From: Octopus bimaculoides
Taxonomy: Eukaryota
DNA length: 33,160 bases
Direction of reading: 5' to 3'
NCBI RefSeq assembly: GCF_001194135.2
Contig: NC_068992.1
Span: 1,421,261-1,454,420 of the forward strand
Shown in pieces: positions 12,460 to 23,539 of the stretch. Position 1 is the stretch's first letter. The number at the start of each line of letters is the position of its first letter. The notes under the pieces are model-generated. The model searched no databases. It was not told the origin of the DNA and was given only the letters and a program-made list of their open reading frames with translations. The translations under genes were made by a program, and so were the position numbers.

Positions 12460-12617
12460 GGTTTCAAATTTTTGCACAAGGCTAGCAACATTGGAAGGGG
12501 TGACAATTCGATTACACTAATAGCAGTGCTCGGGTGGAACTTGAACTCAACATATGATGGCGGACGAAATGCGGCTAAGCGTTCTCTCTGACGTACAGAA
12601 TAATACCCAGCTCACCA
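12460..12617 (-). mobile_element. tRNA-derived SINE with probable internal deletion
   Basis: Minus-strand B-box GAGTTCAAGTTCC (12548-12536). The head ggtgagctggg... and the tail ...cttgtgcaaaaatttgaaacc resemble a common octopus SINE (from memory). Confidence 0.65.
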
Positions 12618-12956
12618 CATTTACTTGAAAAAAATAATGCTGAGTATATCTTAATGGCTAGGATTTATTTATATATACATAGCTGAAATTAATACCAGCA
12701 CAGTGAGAGAGGAGGGAGAAATAGAAAGAGAGATGGAGTGACAGAGAAAGAGGTTATAGAGTGACACGGGTTTGAGAGGGAGAAACAGAAGAAACCAGTT
12801 CAAACTAAGGCTGAAAGACGAAGGAACACATTAATGACATATCTATATTAATAGAAGTGAAATTCTGTCAATCTCACCCCTGTATACCAGTCAACATTTT
12901 CTCTACATACACGTATTATACCCTTTTTGAATGAGGATTATTCTGGGAGTAAAACG

Positions 12957-12998
<42 letters not shown>

Positions 12999-13605
12999 GC
13001 AAACATGAAAATTTTTCCTATTTTCTACTCAATACGACTTAGTATCCCGCATTTAAACCTAGGGACACTTAAGTGATACAAAATTCTCCAAATATGATAC
13101 CCTGTCATATAAATTTGAGACTGTACGATACCAATAAAGGTTTTATTATTATTTCCCCCTGTATATTTTGGGCCGCAGGCAGAAATAGCTTTCCGCATGA
13201 GATAGCGAAGTGCAACCTTGAAGCTATTTCAAACCAAAAGAAAGAGACTTGCTAAAAACCTAGTTTAAACTGGAAATACAAATATTTCGAGAATAAATAT
13301 TTGCTGTTTCAGTTAATTTACTTGGAAGCAGTTACATTATCATGCAGATATGCATACATGCATATATGCATATATGCATATATGCACTTCTACATCTACG
13401 TCATTGCAACTTTCATCTTGCAACCACCTAGTTTGGGTTTGGTCATGAATGCTAACATACTTACTAAACCTGTCGTAGAAACAAGTTTCACTGATTAAGA
13501 GATTCAATCATTAAGAGCCATATTTTCTATACTTTTTAACCATTATTCTACCAAAGCTGTTTAGAAATAACTGTACCTAATGTATCGTCAAACAGCGTTT
13601 ATGTA

Positions 13606-14735
13606 CAGGGTTTGACAAAATAATGGAAACACCTTAAAATTCCAAACAAATTTATTTTAATTTGGGGTAGAACCAATTTGGCATTAATTACAGCTAGAAT
13701 TCTACGAGTTATGGACTCGTACAAAGTTTCAATTGTTTCCAAAGCAATTTTTGTCCATTCTTCAGCTAAAACAGTCTCCAGTTCTTTTAGTGATGATGGC
13801 GGAGAATATTGACTCCTTACTTGTTTTTCTAAAATGCTCCATAAATGTTCAATAATATTGAAATCTGGGGACTGTGGTGGACAAATAAGATCGTCAACTT
13901 CACTAGAATGTTCTTCGTGCCATTCAGTAACAACTTTAGATGTGTGAATTGGTGCATTATCATCCTGAAGATAGCATTTCCCTCCAGAAACAGTTCCGCC
14001 ACCATAGGAAGAATTTAATCAGATAAAATGCCTAAATAGTCTTAACTGTTAATTCTACCATGAGGAGAAACCATTGTACCACCGGATTTCCAAGATATAG
14101 CCGCCCAGATCATCACAGATCCTACTCTATGTTTAATAGTTGGAAGAAGGCAATCTGGGTCAAATACTTCTTTAGGTTGTCTCCACACATATACTCGGCC
14201 GGTGGTCGGAACTAAAGTAAAGTATGACTCATCACAGAAAAGAACATTCTTCCACCACTGTTCTAGGGACCAATTCTGTATGCTTTTACTCCACTCTAAA
14301 CGATTTGCAACGTTTGTTTTTGAAAGTAGTGGTTTTCTGTTTGCAGCGCTCTTAAAATCCGGCTTTGTGCAGCTCCCAGGAAACAGTTTTTGTGGAAACT
14401 GACTTCTGGAAGGTGGTTATTAAGCCCTGTAGTAATTTTGGGAGCTGTAGTTTTGTGATCTCTTCTAACAATTCGTGTAAGAGCCCGGTGGACCCTATCT
14501 GAAAGTTTTGGTTTTCTTCCGGAATTTTGTTTCGACGAGGAGGTTTTTCCCTCTTTCTCAAAAGCTGTCATTGCTTTCGAGACAGAACTTCTTGATACGC
14601 CAAACATTTCGACTGTTTTCGTTACGTTAGCGCCTGCCGTACGAGCACCAACAGTTTGACCTCTCTGAAAATCCGAGAGGTCTGTCGTTTTAATGAATTT
14701 TCTACAATGCTCTTCAATCTATCTGGTTTACTTGC
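13606..14735 (-). mobile_element. Decayed Tc1/mariner DNA transposon, DD36E (Incomer-like) transposase pseudogene
   Basis: The start codon is mutated (ACG at 14688). It then reads TDLSDFQRGQTVGAR...MFGVSRSSVSKAMTAFEKEGK...SGRKPKLS (HTH), WKNVLFCDESYF, QDDNAPIHTSKVVTEW...PPQSPDFNIIEHLW, with several stops and frameshifts. One terminus TA|CAGGGTTTGACAAAATAATGGAAACACC is at 13606; the matching terminal repeat was not found. Confidence 0.93.
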
Positions 14736-15029
14736 AATGTCCCTCTATGTTGTTTGTCTAGTTTTCCATTTGTTTCTTTCGTTGTTCGCAAAAAAGTTCG
14801 TATTCCATGTATTTGTATTACGTATTTTAGATTGCTTACGTTTTGTGACGTCGTGTGGCCACATATGCATATGTATATACGTATACATGTAAGTATATAC
14901 ATATACGTATGTATATATGCATATATATATATTATATATATATATGTGTATAAGTATATATATGCATGCATATTAAAGTATATTTATGTATGTATATGTA
15001 TATACATATATATATATAACTCGTACTTA

Positions 15030-15044
15030 CACACAAACACACGG

Positions 15045-15092
<48 letters not shown>

Positions 15093-15115
15093 ACACATAT
15101 ATATANNNNNNNNNN
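15030..15115. repeat. (TA)/(CA)n microsatellite with 10-nt gap (15106-15115)
   Basis: Direct reading. Confidence 0.95.
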
Positions 15116-15378
15116 ATATTTCTTTATGCATTTACAGGATCCTTGTCTAGGTAAACATTATAAACATCGATTTTTCATTTACAAGGAAACACTTCAATTA
15201 AGAGCTTCCATACATTAGCTTATTATAGAGAGTGACCCAGTTTCACACTTTTCTACTCTAGAAATATCATCACTATGCACCAATATCATTACTTGTGTCT
15301 CCGGTTCCATTTATATTTCTTATTTACAGTATGAATTTAGTTATCCTCCTTGTCGACCACCTCTTCCTTCTCCTCCTT

Positions 15379-15439
<61 letters not shown>

Positions 15440-15445
15440 CCATCG
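15379..15445. repeat. (CAT)n microsatellite
   Basis: Direct reading. Confidence 0.97.
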
Positions 15446-15469
15446 TCATCATTATTACTCAAATGCACA

Positions 15470-15955
15470 CAACAGATTAGACTTGGAAAGAAAAATATCC
15501 TAACAAATATAAATGAAGCTATGTGAAAAAAATTGCATGGGTGGTAACCGTTGTCGCAGCGAAAATACTCTTCTCAAAGAGTGTCACGTACCAGTTGAGT
15601 CTGTATTTTGAACTTCTTGCAAGGATCGATCCCTTAGAATCATTCTAAAAAAAATGTTCTGTTCCTTTCTCGAACATTCCAAGAACTCCTACAATCTCTG
15701 GTGTGGTAACCGCCTTGTGGGGCCTCATTTTTTTTTTTTTTTCGAATTCAAGGTGCAGTTCTTTATATTTTCTAAGCTTCTCAAAATCTTTTTCCGAGAT
15801 ATTTTGATCACAAGAAATACTCATGTCGATAAAGAAATAGAATTCTTTGGTTTGGTCTTTCACAAATATGTCCGGTTTATTAGCTTTGATGGTTCTGTCT
15901 ATATGTGCTAGAAAGTCACAAAGAATCGTTACGTTTTATCCTTCAGTTATACTTT
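15470..15955 (-). mobile_element. RLE-type (R4/Dong-like) LINE endonuclease fragment plus 3' end
   Basis: NVTILCDFLAHIDRTIKANKPDIFVKDQTKEFYFFIDMSISCDQNISEKDFEKLRKYKEL...IVGVLG. Confidence 0.85.
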
Positions 15956-15985
15956 GGGTGGCACTGATACCACTTGTCAACATAT

Positions 15986-16083
<98 letters not shown>

Positions 16084-16107
16084 ATTATTATTATTATTAT
16101 TATTATT
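15986..16107. repeat. (GTT)n then (ATT)n microsatellite
   Basis: Direct reading. Confidence 0.97.
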
Positions 16108-18002
16108 CATAATATACTATGACCAGAATAGTATATTATGAATAGCATAAGATCAAATTTATTCTCGTCCGTTACAGCATATAGAATTATTACATGCTGT
16201 ATGGTAATATAATGAAAAGTTTAAGACTTAAATATGCGTTATATTTAAACGACGTGTCAAACATAGGAATACTGGCAATGCAAATAAGATAACACAACAG
16301 CGATGCTACGTAATTTATTGTGACAAAATGCTTATTCACACATAGAGATAAACTTTTACAAACATCTCCCTCTGTATATGTGTGCGCGTGTGCATGGGCC
16401 TATATACAACTGTTAATAGATATGTGGATGTGCATAGATGCTAAGAGGCCTGCACATACTTGTACATCAGTATGTGCATGTGAAGATTACATTTAATAGC
16501 GTTTTTGTAAATCAATTACGGTTAATGAGTTATTCGGTTCGTATGACCGAAGTCAAAATATATTGTACACGTTTTGCTACTGATATCATATCGTGCATTG
16601 TGCAATGTCTGATATATTCTTCTATCGTATCTCATAGTGTACATTCGATGATAAATTAGGATCACTAATTTATTTCTGAAATTGAATTTTGATTACTTAA
16701 GTGTTTCACAAAAAGCTATAGCTATCTATGACTTGTAAATTATTCGCTGCATTTTAAACTTGACGCTGACATGATATATTTTCAGAAGCAGTTATGTTTT
16801 TTTAAACAAAATAGATTTAATTTGAATGATGTACTAACTGAAGAAACAGTATCTTTTTACTCCTCTTGGTTGACACGATCCTGAGGTAAAAAAAGTAGCA
16901 CTGCGTTTAATATATTGGCAAACAGATGAAATCCTGGAACTGAGAGTGAATGGAATGACAAAAAGTGAATGAGATTCTATGATAATTGTGGAGGAAACTA
17001 CCACATCTTGAAATAAAGAACTACGCCTTTAGCATATGAGTGTTTAAATGACAGAGAGGAGGCGGAAAAGAGACGTCTTAAATATTGAGGAATCATATGA
17101 AATATTTTGAAATGAGGAAAGAGCGTACTAAACGAATAAATGCTAAAAATAATGTGGAAGAGATCAACGGAAAGAAAGACAGGATGGAGATGAAGATGAA
17201 AAATACTATGAAGATTATAATCGTTTCAAATGTCAGAAAATAATGGATGTTTTAGTGCAGGAAATCATTGCAATAACTAGTGCATGACATTAACTTGTCA
17301 AACAAGAAAAATGCCAAGGTCACAGAGATCATTGTATTTTCCTATATCGTTGTTGTAGTTATTATTATTATTATTGAAATTCTTATTAATATAACGAATG
17401 CTATTTTTTACACGTAGGAGAATGGAGGAAAATGTTAAGAGGTTGTTTAAAGAAATTCAATTTAAAATAAAAACATTTTAGCGGAGACAAAAAAAATTAA
17501 TTCATGCATAAAGAATTATATAATGGTGGCTTGAGCAACAAAAATAAATGTAAATGCTCACTTTAAACGATAGTAATAAATGCTATTATTCATTATGTAC
17601 GAGTGGGAAGCACTCTGTGGACTCATATTAACAATGTTTAATATAGTCCACTAAATATTTATAGTAGAGAATATGTTCAAACTGAGAACAAAATATCTTT
17701 TAGAGGGAATCGTTATACTTCATCTTCTGAGTATAAATTTCGGTGTGTTTGACTTTTTTCACTCATTTCAGAATTGGGAGTATATTTCAGTTGCATAGAG
17801 CTTATATTCATTTTGGAAATAAATTTTATTACCGAAATTTAATTGATAAGTAGTAACCAAAAGGGCAGCAATTTAAGCTTGGAAGGAAAATACCAAAGAT
17901 TACTAATGCAACGTTATAAGTGTGTGTGTGTATATATANNNNNNNNNNATATATATGTATACATGTTTGTATGAGCGTGTATATATAAAAATATATGCAT
18001 TT

Positions 18003-18510
18003 CTAAAGAATATTCCTTACCATTCTTGTAAAATATAGGAGAGTACCTTTGCAGAAGTCGACAGTGTCATTCTCAATTCCTATCAATTTCAATCTTTTAG
18101 GTAGAATGTTGGATGTTGAACCAAATGCACCAATTACCAGACGAATATGATCTAGCTCAGACTCCCACTGTCGCTTTAGATCTCTGGCTGCATCCTGATA
18201 TTTCTAAAAGATTTTTTAAAAAATTTCTCTTGTATCGACAAAATTATCATAGGTGATTTCGAAGTCTATGATCTTGCATTGTGTGATAATTTTTTTCCCA
18301 CTGAAATCTTATCTGGTCTTCTTCTTACAGCAATTTTGTCATCTTTATTGGAAGTTCCATAAGAGTCAATAATTCTAGTTTTTTTTTTTTTACAGCCTCT
18401 GGTTCTTGTTCATACCACTTTCCCGTTATTTTGAAAATACACTTTCAGTTAACATTCCAGGCGACTCTAATATCCCAGTATATATCGCAATGTTTTGTGC
18501 CATGTCGGTT
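18003..18510 (-). mobile_element. RLE-type LINE C-terminal fragment (more diverged subfamily)
   Basis: RH...IYWDI...KWYEQEPEAV...RRRPDKI...CKIIDFEITYD...KYQDAARDLKRQW...LVIGAFG...RMVRNIL*, with frameshifts and stops. Confidence 0.8.
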
Positions 18511-18555
18511 TAATCTATTTCCTAAAATATATATTTAAGAGATGTGTGTTTGTGT

Positions 18556-18556
<1 letters not shown>

Positions 18557-18616
<60 letters not shown>

Positions 18617-18679
18617 GAGACAGAGAGACAAAGGGAGAGAGTTTATATAGCTTGATAGACAGACAAACTGACAAAGAGG

Positions 18680-18745
<66 letters not shown>
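18557..18745. repeat. (GA)n and (GATA)n microsatellites
   Basis: Direct reading. Confidence 0.95.
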
Positions 18746-18746
<1 letters not shown>

Positions 18747-18908
18747 GCAAGTATATTCAAATGAGACGGATAACATCAGAACTAACATGAGAACAATTGC
18801 ATATTCATGACCGGAATGACTTATCATTGTTCAGTTAGATTAGAAGCAACATCGATGTAAGTCACCTCAGCCATCGATGATTCCAGTCAGAGTTCAATTG
18901 CGTTACTT

Positions 18909-19079
18909 ATGATCAGTGTTTCTTCCGTCATTATACTTTATTATTTCATGCATTTGGCCATTTATCTCTTTCGTGAAAAGTTGGCTGAAGAAAGGGAACG
19001 ATTGCAGCAGCTCAAACGAGCAATGAGGAAGGTAGAGATATCTGGCCCACCAGTTTATTCAACAAACCCCATTTCGTAG
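18909..19079 (+). CDS. Candidate small ORF or exon (56 aa): hydrophobic N-terminus plus charged helical segment
   Basis: MISVSSVIILYYFMHLAIYLFREKLAEERERLQQLKRAMRKVEISGPPVYSTNPIS*; locally higher GC; no homology recognised. Confidence 0.3.
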   Translation: MISVSSVIILYYFMHLAIYLFREKLAEERERLQQLKRAMRKVEISGPPVYSTNPIS

Positions 19080-20028
19080 TGGGTGAGGTATTTCGTGCCA
19101 TGCATTGATGGGTGGGCAGTGACAGTTCCAAAAGGATCCGTGGCACCTACAGTGCTGCTTCGCACGGGTGATGAGATATCGATTCTTGTAATCGGAGATG
19201 GATTACAGAAGCACCCTCGGCACGCAACTGTTTACCGTATATGTCTTCACAACTACTCCAATTAATTTTATGTTACTGTTATAAAGCTATCATAACGACT
19301 GTGTATTTACGCAGTTGTGTATGTATGTGTGCGTGTGCGTGTGTACGCGCGTGTGTGCATGTGTGCATAGCAACAATTGTAGTCAACTGGACAAATTAAG
19401 ACTAATATATGTGACATTTAACTCTTAAGTTTGCCGTCTGTACTACAACACTGTTTGCGTGATAAAATAAATATTGATAATAGGAAACAGAGAAATTTCT
19501 TCTCACCGAGAGAGCCTAATAGTGACATCTGTTATCGTTGTGTTATTAAATTGTGGTGGGTTGGCATCAACTTTAAACAATCCAGAAAAATGATTTACAG
19601 TATGACTTCCGGCCGCTTACATGTTGTCATCCAATCCGACGCGGATCAAAATACCCCTTAATCTATTTAAGGATGATGAATTAAAGCACAAGTCAAAAGC
19701 GGCGTTCCAGTTTATCGATTCATCCCTTCGACAAAATTTCCAGTTTTGAAACTATTAACGTATGGGTATATATTAATTGCCCATATTTCAAACTAACGGC
19801 TATTTCCCACTGAATATACCAAACATATATTCATATATGCATAGAGGATGGGCCAAAAGTCACAGGCAAAGACATGCTTCACGTTTTCTAGCATTGAATA
19901 CAATAAATAAAATGATGATGAATACACATGTACGTGCATATGAGGAACGAGACGAAGAACCAACATCAAAAACAACGACGACGACGACGACGACAACAAC
20001 AACAATTATAATAATAAAGAAACATAAG

Positions 20029-20155
20029 TAACTGCAGAATATGTGAAGAAACAATTGTCTCTGACTGCCCTGTCCTGGCTAAGAAGGAATATATTCACCG
20101 ATACGAGAGAGTTTGGACCTACATACACTGGAAGCTATGCCAACACTATAGAATA
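20029..20155 (+). mobile_element. RLE-type LINE fragment: CCHC zinc-knuckle region
   Basis: NCRICEETIVSDCPVLAKKEYIHRYERVWTYIHWKLCQHYRI matches CR.C...ET..HI.S.C..LA..EY..RHD.V...IHW.LC, with the His deleted. Confidence 0.85.
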
Positions 20156-20360
20156 GAGAGGGAGGGAGGGAGAGAGAGAGAGAGAGAGGGAGAGAGAGGG
20201 AGAGGGAGAGAGAGAGGGAGAGAGAGAAACAGACAGGGAGAGTAACAGAGACAGAGAGACAGGCAGACAGAGACAGAGCCAGACACAGAGATAGAGAGAC
20301 AGAGACAGAGAGATAGACACAGGGATAGAGAGATAGAGAGAGAGTGACAGAGAAAAAGAG
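20155..20360. repeat. GA-rich compound microsatellite
   Basis: Direct reading. Confidence 0.95.
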
Positions 20361-20550
20361 AATATACAAACACGATCGCGAGAATATTGATTTCAATGGT
20401 GCTATGTAGAAATCTATGTAGAAATCTATTGCATGAGTGTTGATGGAAAGAAAGAGGAGGGATTAACTGAGAATGCATTTCTACGATATGGTGAGGCTGG
20501 TGGGAGGGAGAGAAGTGATGGGGTGCGTGATATGTAGATGTGTGAAAATG

Positions 20551-20551
<1 letters not shown>

Positions 20552-20592
<41 letters not shown>
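20552..20592. repeat. (TG)n microsatellite
   Basis: Direct reading. Confidence 0.97.
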
Positions 20593-20595
<3 letters not shown>

Positions 20596-21357
20596 GGTTT
20601 GTGGGTTTGTGACTGTGTGGAAGCTGTACGTATTAAATTTGACTTTACGTCACATACGTCAGCGTGTGCCTATATATGTGGTCGAATTTAATATTTCCAG
20701 GTGATCGTCTGCCCCATTTGTGTGCAGATGTGCTGCTGTGCATTAGTAATGTAAGGGGTATGTGTTGAGGAGCTGATGACTGTATGTACACACACACACA
20801 CACTTACACACGCACATACACAGATACACACACGCGCGCGCATACATTAAACAAAGTTATTTTATTCCACACGTGTAGAAATATAGGGAAAATAGAGGTT
20901 GAAATTACACTGCGAAAAGTTAAATTATTATTTCATTACCGTAATTAAATATTTTAAAGCGTAAAATATACTGTCATGTGACATTAACGCACAGACGTAG
21001 CGGGAAACGTACAAAAGTTTCTAAACTTAATCACATGTTCAATCTCTAGAAACACTTGACAGAAAACATTCAGAGCATTGATTGTTTGGTACCGTCACTA
21101 GACAATTTCAGTCAACCGTGTCAGCATTAACTTATGAAGCCAAACGTTGTCACTTGATACTAACACATGGAGGTAGTGGGGAATCTAAATTGGAGGAATG
21201 GTGGAAACGAGCTAACAAAGGAAATAAACGATTTATGCTGCTCAAAGGAGAACATAAGGGAGGAGGTAGAGGTAGTTTCGTTATAGTATACTCTGTAGAT
21301 ACTGGGGCTTTGAGGAAATGAGTGAAATTGTAGAGAAGAGAAAAGGATAGATTGGTC

Positions 21358-21360
<3 letters not shown>

Positions 21361-21393
<33 letters not shown>
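21361..21393. repeat. (GA)n microsatellite
   Basis: Direct reading. Confidence 0.97.
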
Positions 21394-21395
<2 letters not shown>

Positions 21396-23380
21396 AATAT
21401 TTAATGAGAAGATAAAAAGAAATTGTACATTAGAAATGTAAGTGTACCTATATTAATGTGCATAATTAAATAAAATGAAATGATCTCCTCCCCTCAATCC
21501 CATTTTATTTTATTCTCCCCTACTTTGTCGTTGCCACTTACGCTATTTTTTCTTCTCTATCGCTTTTTTTTCTTCGCTCCCTCTCTCAATATTTCTCTTC
21601 CGCTCTTTTTTATTGCTAAACCCTGCTAGTTTTGCTCCCATCACTTCAAACGTTATATTTTATTCTTCCTTTCTCATCGTTACCACTGGCTCATTTGCAC
21701 GATTTAAGTTACTGTCATTGTTTTGGAGGTTGTGTTTGCACGTAAATCCATTATTTTTCATTTGCGAAATTAGTTGTTTGCGTGATTCCACGCCCCGTCA
21801 TCAAACTTGACTTTTTTCACAGAACAGGATTACTCCTTATCAGTTGTCTTCGTAAATTTTAGTCTCTGTGTTTAAAGTTATCGCAATTCTGATATCCTGA
21901 TTAGATTGATTTTATTTTAGGTGTTCCCTCTTGTAGAAATACAACAAAATTAAAATCCTGATGAAGACAGTGTGAAATATTACCGATCCTCATCATTGAA
22001 AGTAAGAGCTAACCAAATTGATATAATATTAGACGGCATATCTAACATATTACATATTTGATGTCTATTACCATTGGCTAATATTTTCTTAGCCTACATG
22101 ACTGGGAGTATAAGCATGTCCATTGCGTGCTTAAATTTACGTCAACCGTTTTAAAAGGGTTAATAAGACATATTGCGTATATTTTCTTATCAAGAGAAAC
22201 AAATGCTCAAAATATTATCAACTTCGCAAATATTTCGTGCATTCATTTGAACGGAAGAATTCTCAAAACTTAGTTAACAAAAATCCAACTCATTTTCATA
22301 TCAAATCCAAGATATCGTTTCCGTAAATATCATTATTTCTGTAAGCATTTTGCTTACAAAATCCTGAAAATGGATTACCTTCCCTCATTATTGCAGATTA
22401 AGTGGGGGCCATGGTGCGCGCGAGCACACACACACATTCATACAATCTCTCTCTCTCTCTCTGCCTCTCCGTCTTTCTCTAACATATCCGCAGATATAAG
22501 GTTATATTTATTTCCTCCGAGTGATGCAGGCTAAGAAAATATTAGCCAATGCTAATAGACATCAAATATTTAATATGTTAGATTACATCAATTTGGTTAA
22601 CTCTCACTTTCAATGATGTCGATCGGCGATATTTAATACTGGCTTCATTAGGATTTTAATTCTGTTGTATTTCTACAAAAGGGGAACACCTAGAATAAAA
22701 TCAATCTAATCAGTGGAATAGTTAATTACTGTTTCGTCTATTGATGGCAACTAATTCAGGAAATAATTCACTTAATTAGTGCACTCTGCAATTAAAGTTA
22801 ATGCTTTTGCTTTTGAAGATAAGATTTTACTCCTTATAGAAGGAAGCCATTTGATTTCACCACATTAACAAAGCGGCGGCATATCAAATAACTGATGATT
22901 GTCATCTTCGTCAAAATACTAACATAATAATCATTAATATTATAGTTTTGATGTGGGGCATAATTGTCATGGGTATCCAGGTCATCGTTTTCATCGCTAT
23001 TATCATCAGAATTATCATTAAAATATACGGGTGTTAGCGGTGGGTGCGTTGGGATATATTATTATAAGCATTATTTAAGCAACTGTTTGCTCTTAGCTAT
23101 CAGCTTTCTTCTTAGTAATAACGATGTACTTCCTATTTTCAGTTTTATCTGTATCATCGCTGTAGACGTTGCTGCTGTAATTTAGTTTATAATTATCGTT
23201 GTAGATATTACTGTTGAAATTTATTCAGTTATCTCAAATAAAAAATAATCATCGTCATCATCATCATCATCATTGCGGTCGTCATTATGAAAAGCATTGT
23301 CAACAAGAGTGCATGATCAATGTCACCATATACATACATATATGCACACACACACATGTACATATGTGTGTGTGTGTGTA

Positions 23381-23539
23381 TGTACAACAGGTTTCTGTTA
23401 GTTTACGTATACCAAATACACTCACAAGGCTTTAGTCGGTCCAAGGTTAGAGCATGAGGTAGTTGATCAAGTTGCTACGCAGAGGGACTGAACCCGGAAG
23501 CATGTGGTTAGGAAGCAAGCATCTTACCATTCAGCCACT
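23381..23539 (-). mobile_element. tRNA-derived SINE
   Basis: Minus strand has A-box-like TGGCTGAATGG and B-box GGTTCAGTCCC (23495-23484), and ends in a (CA)n tail. It resembles the octopus OK/OR-type tRNA SINEs; the family is not assigned. Confidence 0.7.

Noticed and set aside
21958-21985. CTGATGA...GAAATATT hammerhead-like motif
   Set aside because: Stem II and stem I do not pair
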